DNA of 63,665 bases from Myxococcota bacterium (GTDB lineage: Bacteria; Myxococcota_A; UBA796; CAJQPC01), in NCBI GenBank assembly GCA_036012755.1, contig DASCPX010000248.1, positions 1-63,665 of the forward strand. The letters are read 5' to 3'. The notes under the pieces were generated by a model. It was not told where the DNA came from, made no database searches, and was given only the letters and a program-made list of their open reading frames with translations. This document shows positions 50,175 to 63,030 of the stretch, in pieces (position 1 is the first letter of the stretch; every line of letters starts with the position of its first letter). The position numbers were made by a program, and so were the translations under genes.

Positions 50175-52253
50175 GTGCTGATCCTGCTCCTTGCATGCCC
50201 GGGTGAGCTCCTCGACTCGGGGGACTGCGGCACGCTGCTCTACCGGGACGATGATCTGGACGGCTTCGGCGTCGAGAGCAGCTGGGCCGTTGCATGTCCT
50301 GCGGAGGGCTGGGCGGCCGACGCTGGCGACTGCGACGATGAGGACCCGACAGAGAGCCCCGGCGCACAGGCGCCGTGCAGCTGCCTGGGCGAGGGCACTG
50401 AGCGGAGCTGGTTCCCCGATGACGACGGAGACGGCTACGGCTCTGGGGAGCCCGTCGACCAGTGCGCCATGCCCGTAGGACACGTGATCGACTCCGGGGA
50501 CTGCGCCCCAGAGGACCCGGAGGTCCACCCGGGCGCGGAGGAGACCTGGTACGACGGCGTCGACCAGGACTGTGACGGCGCGAGCGACTTCGACGCGGAC
50601 GCCGACGGCTACGAGAGCAGCGCCCATGGCGGCGACGACTGCGACGACGAGGACGCGGAGGTCAACCCGGACGCGCTCGAGCTCTGCGATGCCCTGCGAG
50701 TCGACGAAGACTGCGACGGGTTGTCCAACGAGGACGACCCGGACGCTCGGGACTATCGTCGGTGGTACCCCGACGGCGACGGCGATGGGCACGGGATCGA
50801 CGGAGAGACCGTGATCGCCTGCTCCCCGCCAGAGGGCTACGCCGGCGACAACGACGACTGCGACGACACCGACCCGGGGATCAGCCCCTCCGCCGAGGAG
50901 ATCTGCGGCAATGGTGTCGACGAGGACTGCGACGTGTCTCTCGTCTGCGGACCCCGGGGCGTAGTGGACCTGGCCTGGGCGGAGCACAGCTGGACCAGTG
51001 AGACCAACCTCCGCACCGCCGCCGGGATCGGCGCGGGTGACGTCGACGACGACGGCGTGATCGAGATCGTCATCGGCAGTCCCTATGCGAGCAACACGGA
51101 CGGCGGCTACGACGGTGGAGTCTGGGTGGTCGACAGCGACGCGCCCGGGCTGGTAGAGGACGGCGCCTGGCTCGGCGGGCCCTTCGAAAGCTACGCCGGC
51201 ACCACCCTGGATGTCGCCGATGTCGACGGGGATGGAGTGGACGACCTCCTGGTCGGCCAGCCCGGCCTCGAGGGCTCGGCCGTGTTGCTCCTCGGCCCGG
51301 TCGCCGGTCCGCTCACGGCGTCGGCCAGCCTGCAGCTGGAGGGTCGCCTGGGCCAGAGCATCGGCTTCCCCTCCGACGTCGTGATCGTCGACGATGTCGA
51401 CGGCGACGCCCTCCGCGACCTCTGTGTCAGCGAGCAATACTCGAGCTGGACGGTCTCCTACCAGGGCGAGGTGCACCTCTTCTCCGGCGTCGAGACCGGC
51501 TCGACCGATGTGTACGACTCCTACGCATCGGTGGGCGGCCCCAACGCCAACGACCGGCTCGCCAGCTGCACCGTCGGGGACCTCGACGGCGACGGGGTGG
51601 GGGAGTGGGTGATCGGGGCCCCTTTCGCCTCCCGCGGCTCCAGCGGGTCGGGGACTGTGTACGTCCTCGAACCGGGGGCAGGCGGCACCCTGGAGTCCTC
51701 CGACGGGCTCGAGCTCCAGGGCAACTGGTACTCGGGCGCGCTGGGCTGGGCGCTGGCCATCGATGACCTCGACGACGACGGGCACGCCGAGCTCTACATC
51801 AGCGAGTACGGCTACACCGGGGCCGCCACCGAGCAGGGTCGCATCCTCGTGATCGATGCCCTTGTCGAGGAGAGCGGCTGGGCCGAGGACGCCGCCGTCG
51901 CCCGGCTGTTCGGAGACGACCGCTACGACTACACCGGCTACGCGCTGCAGTCGCCGGGTGACCTCGACGGCGACGGGGCGAGGGACCTGGCCGTCAGCGC
52001 ACCCTGGGCAGACATCGACATGTACGCCCAGGGCGTGGTCTGCCTCGCCACGGGTGGCTTCGAGGGCTCCCTGTCGCTCTCGGACATCGCCTGGGCCCAG
52101 CTGGAAGGCTCGGAGAGCAGTGATATGGCCGGAGTCCGCCTCGCCACGGTGGCCGATGTCACCGGAGACGGGCTCCCCGAGCTCCTCGTCCAGTCTCCGC
52201 AGGGCAGCGGCTTCGGGCTCGTCCAAATCGTACCGGGCGGCCCTGGCGAGTGA
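50175..52253 (+). CDS. Lipoprotein with MopE-like repeats and an FG-GAP (integrin-alpha-like) propeller
   Basis: MLILLLAC; DCDD..P...PGA repeats; GD.DGDG..DL.VGAP repeats. Confidence 0.88.
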   Translation: MLILLLACPGELLDSGDCGTLLYRDDDLDGFGVESSWAVACPAEGWAADAGDCDDEDPTESPGAQAPCSCLGEGTERSWFPDDDGDGYGSGEPVDQCAMPVGHVIDSGDCAPEDPEVHPGAEETWYDGVDQDCDGASDFDADADGYESSAHGGDDCDDEDAEVNPDALELCDALRVDEDCDGLSNEDDPDARDYRRWYPDGDGDGHGIDGETVIACSPPEGYAGDNDDCDDTDPGISPSAEEICGNGVDEDCDVSLVCGPRGVVDLAWAEHSWTSETNLRTAAGIGAGDVDDDGVIEIVIGSPYASNTDGGYDGGVWVVDSDAPGLVEDGAWLGGPFESYAGTTLDVADVDGDGVDDLLVGQPGLEGSAVLLLGPVAGPLTASASLQLEGRLGQSIGFPSDVVIVDDVDGDALRDLCVSEQYSSWTVSYQGEVHLFSGVETGSTDVYDSYASVGGPNANDRLASCTVGDLDGDGVGEWVIGAPFASRGSSGSGTVYVLEPGAGGTLESSDGLELQGNWYSGALGWALAIDDLDDDGHAELYISEYGYTGAATEQGRILVIDALVEESGWAEDAAVARLFGDDRYDYTGYALQSPGDLDGDGARDLAVSAPWADIDMYAQGVVCLATGGFEGSLSLSDIAWAQLEGSESSDMAGVRLATVADVTGDGLPELLVQSPQGSGFGLVQIVPGGPGE

Positions 52254-52262
52254 GCGGCCCCT

Positions 52263-53606
52263 TCAGTGGTGGGGGCGGCTCGCGTCCTGGGCCGGGACCT
52301 GCCGGACGAGGCGCACGGCCTCCGAGTCGCCGGTCACCTTCGCCGTCTTGGCGATGATGCGCTCGAGGTCGGGCTGGCTCAATGGGCGGTCGAGCAGGTT
52401 GACGTCGACCGCGACGCCCCAGCGAACGAAGTCGCGGTGGGTGGAGACGAGGTTGTCCGCCCCTGCCTCGTAGATCGCATCGTCGAGGGCCTTCTTCGTG
52501 CCGCGTGTCGTGGCGTGCACGACCAGGAGCACCGCCCGCCCTCCTCGGTGGTCGTCTGCGACGGAGATGCGGGTGCGGGGAGAGAACACGCAGTCGCGGA
52601 TGCTGCCGTGATCAGAGAACATCAACGACGTCGAGGCGACGCGTCGGGCGATGCGAGGCTGCGCCTCCTGCGTCGCCGCGCCGATGTGCGGGGTCGTCGC
52701 GACTCGGGGCTCGTGCGCGTAGGGGTTGTTCCAGCCCGGCCCGTTCTTCCGTGGCTCCCTGGGGTAGACGTCAACCGCCGCCCGCCGGATCACCCCCTCG
52801 GCGACCGCGTCGAGGAGATCCTCCGGGGCGTGCAAGGAGCCGCGAGAGAGGTTGATGAACAGCCGTGGGCTCTCCGCTGGCAGGTCGGCGCCGAGGTCCA
52901 TCAGGATGTCGCGGGTGATGCAGCCCTGGTTGCTGCCGCCGACGCTGTCCTCTGCGCTCAGGTGGAGGGACACGCAGTCGCTGGCCCGGAACAGCGCCTG
53001 GATTCCGGGCATGGAGGTCCAGCCCATCTCGAGCCCGACCTCCTCGGCGACCTCGCGGGTGTCGTGGAAGAGGATGCGCATCCCCAGCTGCTCGGCGAGC
53101 CGCGCGGTGGCCCGACCGATGTTGCCGAGGCCGACGATGCCGAGGGTCTTGCCGCGGACCTCGAAGCGCTCGTTGTTGTTCTTCTCCCACAGGCCGCTGT
53201 GGGTGTCGTCGTAGGTCTCGTAGAGCCTGCGTGACAGGCCGACGAGGTGGCCGAGCACCAGCTCCACCACGCTTCGGCCGTTGCTCACCGGATCGTTGAA
53301 CACGAGCACGCCGTGCTCGGCGCAGGCTCTCTTGTCGACCGAGTCGTCTCCGATGCAGCAGAGCTGGATCGCGACGAGGCTGGGGCATGCCTCGATGAGC
53401 TCTCGTGTGACCGGGACGCGGCTGCGCTTGTAGAGGACCTGACCGCCACTTCGGCGGATGGCCTCGACCAGCTCCGCCTCGCCGGGGGCATCCGGGAGCC
53501 GCTCGACGTGCTCGAAGCCCCCGTCCAGGAGTAGACCGTCGAGGACGGGGTGGGGGTTCTCCACGACGACGGCCCGCCGCAGCGGGCCGCGGACGATTCG
53601 CGCCAC
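52263..53606 (-). CDS. serA: D-3-phosphoglycerate dehydrogenase-like (D-2-hydroxyacid dehydrogenase with an ACT-like tail)
   Basis: GIVGLGNIG, INLSRG, DVYP.EP and TPHIGAATQEAQ. Confidence 0.8.
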   Translation of the reverse strand: MARIVRGPLRRAVVVENPHPVLDGLLLDGGFEHVERLPDAPGEAELVEAIRRSGGQVLYKRSRVPVTRELIEACPSLVAIQLCCIGDDSVDKRACAEHGVLVFNDPVSNGRSVVELVLGHLVGLSRRLYETYDDTHSGLWEKNNNERFEVRGKTLGIVGLGNIGRATARLAEQLGMRILFHDTREVAEEVGLEMGWTSMPGIQALFRASDCVSLHLSAEDSVGGSNQGCITRDILMDLGADLPAESPRLFINLSRGSLHAPEDLLDAVAEGVIRRAAVDVYPREPRKNGPGWNNPYAHEPRVATTPHIGAATQEAQPRIARRVASTSLMFSDHGSIRDCVFSPRTRISVADDHRGGRAVLLVVHATTRGTKKALDDAIYEAGADNLVSTHRDFVRWGVAVDVNLLDRPLSQPDLERIIAKTAKVTGDSEAVRLVRQVPAQDASRPHH

Positions 53607-53607
53607 C

Positions 53608-55248
53608 TCAGGCCTCGGGTGCCGCTTCTTCGGTCTTCTTGCGCCGAACCGTCCTGGTCGGCTTCTTGCGCGCCGGTTTGGCCGGATCCTCGGCCGCTTC
53701 GACCTTCTTGCGCGGCTTGCGGCGCGCAGGCTTCTTCTTGGGCTTCGCGGGCGCTGCCTCGGCGGTTGCCTCGGCGGTTGCTTCGGCGGCTCCGTCGATG
53801 GCCTCGGAGGCTCCGTCGACGGTCTCGGCGGCGGCTCCGTCGACGGTCTCGGCGGCTCCTGCCTCGGCTGCGGTCTCCGCCGCGGCTGGCGCTGCCTTCT
53901 TCTTTCGCGGGGCGCGCTTGCGAGCCGGCTTCTTCGGCGGGGCCGCGTCCGCAGACGCTCCCTCTGCGGGGGCGGACTCTCGCGCGGCGGTCTCCCACGC
54001 GATGAGCTCCTCGACGCTGCGCACGGTGGTCTCGTCCGCCTTGCCGTAGAGCAGCTCGGCCAGCGCCGCGGTCTGCTGGGCGAGTTCGACGCCCTCTACC
54101 TGCAGCTTGGCCAGCATGGCGCGCCGAAGCACCCGGAGCAGGCCTGCCGCGTCCTCGCTGAGCACGAAGGCTGCGAAGAAGCTGCGGATGGGCTCGCCGT
54201 CGGTGTGCCTGAACACGCCGGCTGCGTGGAGGCCATTGACCAGGCTCTTGACACGGCTCGGCGTGACCCGTTCGTCCCGAGCCTTCATCGTCTTGCTGAC
54301 GTCCTGGGTCACCCACTGCAGGTTCACCCGGCGCTTCTTCTGCTTGCGGGCCTCCACGTCGGCGACGATCGCCTCGCAGACAGCCGCGAGGAGCGCGGGG
54401 GTGAGGGGGTCGAGGTCCTCTGCCTGGAGCACGTCGTAGAGCGCGCGTGCCTTTGCGCTGAGCTCCGAGAGGGGCTCGGCGGCGGGGATCTCCGCTGCGT
54501 CGGGGCTGTCGACCTGGTAGCCGCCTGCCTTGTGATCCCTCGCCAGCGTGACGATGCCGTTCTTCTGGCAGAGCTCCATGAAGCGGCCGAAGGTGGCGAA
54601 GCCGAGGTCGGACTCGGAGAACGCCGGCTCCTTGCGCAGGATCTGCTCCTTGATGCGGCTGGCGTGGACCGGCTTCGGGTCGTTGCGCTGGATTCCGGCG
54701 AGGGCCTCCGTCACGAGCTCCATGGCTTCTTCGCGCGACAGCTCACGGACGCTGTCGGTCTTGCCGCGGCGGGTCTGTTGCGTCTTCTGCTTGCGCAGCG
54801 TGTCGTAGAAGATGAACTCGTCGCAGGCCTCGACGATCAGGCGGCTGGTGCTCCGACGCGTACCGACACCGAGCACCCTCTTGTTCAGCTCTCGCAGCTT
54901 CTGGATGAGCGGCGTGAAGTCCGAGTCGCCGGAGACGACGACGTAGGTGTCGATGTAGTCCTTCGTGAGCGCGAGCTCCATGCAGTCGACGACCATCGCC
55001 ACGTCTGCGCGGTTCTTGTCGTTCATGCCGTGGGCGGAGAGCTCGAAGAGCGTGACGCCCTCGAACAACAGCGCCTTCTTGAAGCGCGCGAAGCGACCCC
55101 AGTCTGCGTAGGATCTTGCGATGAGGACCCGTCCTTTCTCGCGGAGACGGTTCATGATGACGCCGATGTCGACCTTTCCGTGGCCTTCCTTCTCGGTGCC
55201 GGCGGCGATGTTCTCGAAGTCGATGAGAACGGCGATGCTGGGTTCCAA
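53608..55248 (-). CDS. NYN (LabA/DUF88) domain protein with an OST-HTH/LOTUS domain and a Lys/Ala-rich tail
   Basis: IDFENI, KN.AD..M.VD, SGDSDF and ACDEFIFY; P.FSESDLGF.TF; TTG start after AGGA. Confidence 0.9.
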   Translation of the reverse strand: MEPSIAVLIDFENIAAGTEKEGHGKVDIGVIMNRLREKGRVLIARSYADWGRFARFKKALLFEGVTLFELSAHGMNDKNRADVAMVVDCMELALTKDYIDTYVVVSGDSDFTPLIQKLRELNKRVLGVGTRRSTSRLIVEACDEFIFYDTLRKQKTQQTRRGKTDSVRELSREEAMELVTEALAGIQRNDPKPVHASRIKEQILRKEPAFSESDLGFATFGRFMELCQKNGIVTLARDHKAGGYQVDSPDAAEIPAAEPLSELSAKARALYDVLQAEDLDPLTPALLAAVCEAIVADVEARKQKKRRVNLQWVTQDVSKTMKARDERVTPSRVKSLVNGLHAAGVFRHTDGEPIRSFFAAFVLSEDAAGLLRVLRRAMLAKLQVEGVELAQQTAALAELLYGKADETTVRSVEELIAWETAARESAPAEGASADAAPPKKPARKRAPRKKKAAPAAAETAAEAGAAETVDGAAAETVDGASEAIDGAAEATAEATAEAAPAKPKKKPARRKPRKKVEAAEDPAKPARKKPTRTVRRKKTEEAAPEA

Positions 55249-55363
55249 ATGATCTTCCTGAATGGGCGGAAGTGATGCTCCGCCAGGGGTGGTGAGGCAA
55301 GCCATGCGTGGCTTTGCCCCCCAGAGGTGGCGCCCGCCCTATCGCGGCCCATAGGTTGCAGCC

Positions 55364-56188
55364 ATGCCATTGTCCCGCTTCTCCGGCTCCAGCCAGTACA
55401 TCGCCGACCCCGATCTGGTCGCTGCGGTGAATGCATCGATCACTCTCGAGCGGCCACTGCTGGTCAAAGGAGAGCCAGGAACCGGCAAGACGATGCTGGC
55501 CCACGCCATCGCCGATGCGCTCGACATGAGCATGGAGTCCTGGCACGTCAAGTCGACGAGCAAGTCGACAGAGGGGCTCTATGCCTACGACGTCGTCCAG
55601 CGCCTGAACGACTCCCGCTTCGGCGGCGGCGAGGTCTCGGACGTGCGCAACTACATCCGCTACGGGGCCATGGGCCGCGCTTTTCGGAGCGAGGAGCAGG
55701 TCGTGCTGCTCATCGACGAGATCGACAAGGCGGATCTCGAGTTCCCGAACGACCTGCTGCGGGAGCTCGACGAGATGGCCTTCCACGTGCACGAGCTGAA
55801 CGAGACCGTGCACGCGAAAAAACGCCCGATCACGCTGATCACCTCGAACGCCGAAAAAGAGCTGCCGGATGCATTCCTGCGCCGCTGCGTCTTTCACTAC
55901 ATCGCCTTCCCGGACCGGGAGCGCATGGCCGAGATCATCGCGGTCCACCACCCGAAGCTCGATACGGAGCTGATCAACGCTGCGATGAAGCGCTTCTATG
56001 GAGTCCGCAAGACCGAGGGGCTCCGCAAGAAGCCCTCGACCAGCGAGCTGCTCGACTGGCTCTCCGTGCTCGCGCGGGCCGGCGTCCCCATCGAGGACAT
56101 CGAGAAGTCCTTGCCCTTCCTCGGGGTCCTCCTCAAGCAGGAGAGGGACCTCGAGACGGTCCTGAGCCCCAGGAGGGCGCGCTACTGA
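55364..56188 (+). CDS. MoxR-family AAA+ ATPase (CoxD-like)
   Basis: GEPGTGKT, LLIDEIDKAD.EFPNDLL, ELPDAFLRRC and KKPSTSEL. Confidence 0.93.
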   Translation: MPLSRFSGSSQYIADPDLVAAVNASITLERPLLVKGEPGTGKTMLAHAIADALDMSMESWHVKSTSKSTEGLYAYDVVQRLNDSRFGGGEVSDVRNYIRYGAMGRAFRSEEQVVLLIDEIDKADLEFPNDLLRELDEMAFHVHELNETVHAKKRPITLITSNAEKELPDAFLRRCVFHYIAFPDRERMAEIIAVHHPKLDTELINAAMKRFYGVRKTEGLRKKPSTSELLDWLSVLARAGVPIEDIEKSLPFLGVLLKQERDLETVLSPRRARY

Positions 56189-57360
56189 TGGGCGAGCGCG
56201 CGGGCCACCTCTTCCTGCCCCTGCTCTTCAACCTGCGGGCGCAGGATCTGAAGGTCGGAACCCAGGAGTGGCTCGCCTTCATGCGCGGGCTCGGCGCGGG
56301 TCTCGCGAACGACCTCGACGGCGTCTACCGACTCGGGCGCAGCCTGCTGGTCCACGACGAGACCCACTACGACCAGTACGACCTCGCCTTCCACGCGACC
56401 TTCGCAGGCGTGGAGCTCGCCCCGCAGCTCAAGGAGGCCTTCGAGGCCTGGCTGACGAATCCCGCGCTCTTCGAGGAGGGCAGGGCAGCCGGCAAACACG
56501 ACTTCCAGTCCTTCGAGGAGCTGATGGAGGCCTTCCGCCGGACCTTGGAGGAGCAGCAGTCCCGCCACCAGGGGGGCAACCGCTGGGTCGGTACCGGCGG
56601 GACCAGCCCTTTTGGCAACAACGGACGCGCCAACATGGGCATCCGCGTCGGCGGCAGCGGGGGAGGGCGGTCGGCGGTTCGGGTCGCCGGAGAGCGCAGG
56701 TGGGCCAACTACCGCACCGACGCCTCCCTGGAGGTTCGCGACTTCAAGGTGGCACTGCGCGCCCTCCGCAAGCTCGCGCGGGAAGGGGAAGAGGTCCTCG
56801 ATCTGGACGGCACGGTCGACCGGACCTGCCAAAACGGCGGCGACATCGAGCTCTTCTTCGACAAGGACCGGACGAACAAGGTGCGGGTCGTGCTGCTCAT
56901 GGACGCAGGCGGCTCGATGGCGCCCTACCACCAGCTCGTCTCCCGCCTCTTCACGGCGGCGACGGAGCTCAAGTGCTTCAAGTCGCTCACCCACTACTAC
57001 TTCCACAACTGCGTCTACCGCTGGCTCTACCGGGACTACGAGAACTTCGACCGCCTGCTCACTCGCGACGTCCTCCGCGAGCTGACCCCACAACACCGGC
57101 TCATCTTCGTCGGCGACGCGTCGATGGCGCCCTGGGAGCTCTTCTCCAGCTACGGCGGCTTCGGCGACCCCTCGCCGCCAGGCATCGAGTGGCTCCGGCG
57201 CTTTTCGTCGGCGTGCCCGGCCAGCATCTGGCTGAACCCGGATCCGAAGACCTACTGGGAGCACCCCACCGTGCGGTCGATCGGCGAGGTCTTCCCGATG
57301 TTCCCCCTCTCTGTCAGGGGGCTGCGGGACGGAACCAGGAAGCTCCGTGTGGCTCGCTAG
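56188..57360 (+). CDS. VWA-domain CoxE-like partner protein
   Basis: MDAGGSM MIDAS-like motif, WVGTGGTSPFG, YFHNC, VGDASM and WLNP. Confidence 0.9.
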   Translation: MGERAGHLFLPLLFNLRAQDLKVGTQEWLAFMRGLGAGLANDLDGVYRLGRSLLVHDETHYDQYDLAFHATFAGVELAPQLKEAFEAWLTNPALFEEGRAAGKHDFQSFEELMEAFRRTLEEQQSRHQGGNRWVGTGGTSPFGNNGRANMGIRVGGSGGGRSAVRVAGERRWANYRTDASLEVRDFKVALRALRKLAREGEEVLDLDGTVDRTCQNGGDIELFFDKDRTNKVRVVLLMDAGGSMAPYHQLVSRLFTAATELKCFKSLTHYYFHNCVYRWLYRDYENFDRLLTRDVLRELTPQHRLIFVGDASMAPWELFSSYGGFGDPSPPGIEWLRRFSSACPASIWLNPDPKTYWEHPTVRSIGEVFPMFPLSVRGLRDGTRKLRVAR

Positions 57361-58348
57361 CCTCCTGGCCTGTGACCCTGTCGGCAGGGCCGACCGCTAC
57401 CTCGAGCAGGGCCGCTCGGCAGAGGCCGTCGTCTACTACGGGCGAGCCAACAGCCTCGATGACGCCGCCACCCAGCGCTACGCCCGCGCGCTGTTGCAAG
57501 AGGGGAGGCTCGATGAGGCGGCTGGCGTCCTCGAGGGCGTCGAGAGCCCCGATCACAACGGGCACCTCGTCGCCGGAAGCCTGCTCGCAGAGGCAGGAGA
57601 GATGGAGCTGGCCCTGCTAGCCTTCGAGGCCGGGCTGAAAGAGCGCGAGACCCCGGCGCTGGCGGTGAACGCGTGCATCGCCCGCCTTGGCCTCGACCGC
57701 GACCCCCTGCCTGCCTGCCAGGACGCGGTGAGCACGGCGCCGATGGACCCCCGCGCCTACGCCGGCCTCGCGGAGGCGAGCGCGAGGGCGGAGATGCCGG
57801 AGACTGCCAAGGAGGCGCTGTCCCGTGCCGTCAAGCACTACGACGGAGACCCGACGACCGCGCTGTGGATCGGCCAGGGCTGGGTCGCTGTCGGAGAGGT
57901 CTCAGAGGCTTGCAGGTGGTCGATCCAGCTCGCCCAGCCTCCCGTTCTGTTCGGTCGCGCCTGCCTCGCAGCGGATCAGGGCGCCCGCGCACTCGAGATC
58001 CTGGAGCCCCTCGCCGAAGAGGACGACGAGGCCGCCGCCCTGCTGCTTCGTCGGTCCGTGGATGTCGCCGAGTCCAGCGCCGAAGGGCCGGACCGGCACC
58101 AGCGCATCGAGCAGGCCCGTCGCTGGGAGCGGCGCCTCGAGGAAGTGGAGGAGGTCGGAGTGCTCACCGACAGGGGCCGCCTCGCCAGCGTCGCCGGGGA
58201 CGTGCTCGAGGCCGAGGCGCTCTGGCGGCGAGCCATGGAGCTGGATCCGAGCGAGCCAGCCCCTCGGAACAACCTCGCTGCCAGCCTCGCTTCGAGGGGT
58301 CAGGACGAGGCCCTCCGAGCCCTTGCCCTAGAGGGCGAGAGCGACTAG
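57347..58348 (+). CDS. TPR-repeat lipoprotein
   Basis: MWLASLLAC; TPR helices (WRRAMELDPSEPAPRNNLA). Confidence 0.75.
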   Translation: MWLASLLACDPVGRADRYLEQGRSAEAVVYYGRANSLDDAATQRYARALLQEGRLDEAAGVLEGVESPDHNGHLVAGSLLAEAGEMELALLAFEAGLKERETPALAVNACIARLGLDRDPLPACQDAVSTAPMDPRAYAGLAEASARAEMPETAKEALSRAVKHYDGDPTTALWIGQGWVAVGEVSEACRWSIQLAQPPVLFGRACLAADQGARALEILEPLAEEDDEAAALLLRRSVDVAESSAEGPDRHQRIEQARRWERRLEEVEEVGVLTDRGRLASVAGDVLEAEALWRRAMELDPSEPAPRNNLAASLASRGQDEALRALALEGESD

Positions 58349-58362
58349 TGAGGGCTCCCAGA

Positions 58363-58434
58363 TGGGGCGTAGGCAAGTGGTAAGCCACCAGGTTTTGGCC
58401 CTGGCATTCGCAGGTTCGAATCCTGCCGCCCCAG
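58363..58434 (+). tRNA. tRNA-Gln (TTG)
   Basis: TGGGGCGTAGGCAAGTGGTAAGCCACCAGGTTTTGGCCCTGGCATTCGCAGGTTCGAATCCTGCCGCCCCAG; usual position upstream of prs. Confidence 0.95.
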
Positions 58435-58459
58435 CTTCACGAGACCCGAGGCCTCGAGC

Positions 58460-59410
<951 letters not shown>

Positions 59411-59415
59411 ACAGA

Positions 59416-59613
59416 GATGGCCTGATGCCGGTTGCTCGTCGCGGGCTACCCCATTAAGCGCGCCGCGACTCCGCTTCGATGTCGGGTTCGAGTCGGTCCG
59501 CACTCCGGGTGCGGTGCCGCGACGAACCTCAGGGCCCAAGGCATCGGGAGCGGCCACCCGGCCATTGTTGGCCCAAGGTGGATCGAACGCTGCGGCGAGT
59601 GGGTCCCGCCATC
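59416..59613 (+). ncRNA. Candidate structured RNA / rplY leader
   Basis: Multiple nested complementary segments read by eye (see findings); no family assigned. Confidence 0.5.
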
Positions 59614-59625
59614 CAGGAATCCCTG

Positions 59626-60267
59626 ATGGACGCCACACCGCTCTCGGCAAAGCCGCGCACGGACTTCGGCAAGGGTGCCGCGCGCAAGCTGCGTGCTACC
59701 GGCCACATTCCAGCGCTGGTCTACCGCGGCGGCGATCAGCCGACGCACATCGCCATCGACCCCAAGGAGCTTCGGCTCATCTTCCAGCGCTCGCAGAACC
59801 CCAACACCATCCTGCGGATCGAGGTGGAGGGGACCAGCCGCGCCTGCCTGCTCACCGCGACCCAGAAGCACCCGGTGAGCCGGGCGCTGCTCCACGCAGA
59901 CTTCTACGAGGTCGTCGAGGGCAGCGAGGTGACGGTGAAGGTCCCGGTCGTGCCCCAGGGCAAGGCCGTGGGCGAGGTCCTCGGCGGCGTGGTCCAGTAC
60001 ATCCGGCGCTACGTGCCGGTGACCTGCCTGCCCAAGCACATCCCGACCCACATCGACATCGACGTCACGGAGATGGAGCTCAACGAGGTCATCCGTGTCT
60101 CCGACATCACGGTGCCCGAGCACTGCCGCATCCTCTTCGACAACGACTTCAACGTGCTGTCCTGCAAGGGCCGCAAGCTCGAGCTCGAGGAAGACGAGCT
60201 CGACGAAGAAGAGGGAGAAGAGGGAGAAGAGGGCGAGGAAGGCGAAGAGGTCGAGGACGAGGGATGA
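59626..60267 (+). CDS. rplY: 50S ribosomal protein L25/Ctc
   Basis: R..FGKGAARKLR..G.IPALVY, Q.HPV...LHADFY; acidic tail. Confidence 0.96.
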   Translation: MDATPLSAKPRTDFGKGAARKLRATGHIPALVYRGGDQPTHIAIDPKELRLIFQRSQNPNTILRIEVEGTSRACLLTATQKHPVSRALLHADFYEVVEGSEVTVKVPVVPQGKAVGEVLGGVVQYIRRYVPVTCLPKHIPTHIDIDVTEMELNEVIRVSDITVPEHCRILFDNDFNVLSCKGRKLELEEDELDEEEGEEGEEGEEGEEVEDEG

Positions 60268-60908
60268 AGTTCGTCGTGGGACTCGGCAACCCCGGGAAGA
60301 AGTACGAGCAGACCCGCCACAACGCGGGCTTCCTGGTCGTGCGGCGCCTCGGGGAGCGCTGGGGCATCGACTGCCAGAGGAAGCAGTTCGGTGCCCTGGT
60401 GGGCGACGGCGCCATCCGCCACGAGCGGACGGTGCTCGCCATGCCGCAGACCTACATGAACCGCTCCGGTCATCCGACCCGCAGCCTGCTCGGCTTCTAC
60501 AAGGCAGGCGTCGACGACCTCATCATCGTCCACGACGACCTGGACATCCCCTTCGGCGAGCTGAAGCTCAAGAAGGGTGGGGGGCACGGCGGACACAACG
60601 GCCTCCGGGACCTCCACAAGCACTTCGGCGGGGGCGACTACCTGCGCGTGCGCTTCGGAGTCAGCCGGCCCCCAGAGGGCTGGGACTCCGCCGACTATGT
60701 GCTCGGTAAGTGGTCCTCGACAGAGCGCGATGGCCTCGATCAGGCCGTGGACCGCGCCGCAGATGCCGTCGAGGCCCTCCTCGGAGGCGACCTCGTGGCA
60801 GCCCAGAACACATTTCACGTTCGGACGTCCCGGCCAGAGGCCAGCGACGACACCGACCGTCCAGACGAATCCTCGAACCCGACCCTCGCGGTCGGAGGAG
60901 CTTATTGA
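60264..60908 (+). CDS. pth: Peptidyl-tRNA hydrolase
   Basis: [29 protein letters not shown] and GGHNGL. Confidence 0.97.
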   Translation: MKFVVGLGNPGKKYEQTRHNAGFLVVRRLGERWGIDCQRKQFGALVGDGAIRHERTVLAMPQTYMNRSGHPTRSLLGFYKAGVDDLIIVHDDLDIPFGELKLKKGGGHGGHNGLRDLHKHFGGGDYLRVRFGVSRPPEGWDSADYVLGKWSSTERDGLDQAVDRAADAVEALLGGDLVAAQNTFHVRTSRPEASDDTDRPDESSNPTLAVGGAY

Positions 60909-60910
60909 CA

Positions 60911-63022
<2,112 letters not shown>

Positions 63023-63030
63023 GAAACCAA

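Noticed and set aside
53608..57360. NYN + MoxR + VWA as an anti-phage system
   Set aside because: The CoxD/CoxE-like pair and LabA-type NYN are widespread housekeeping-type genes, divergently transcribed, in core-genome context
59540..59613. HDV-like ribozyme suggested by the 3' GGCGAGTGGGTC
   Set aside because: Could not find the required P3/L3 (TCCTCG-like) and nested P1/P1.1 elements
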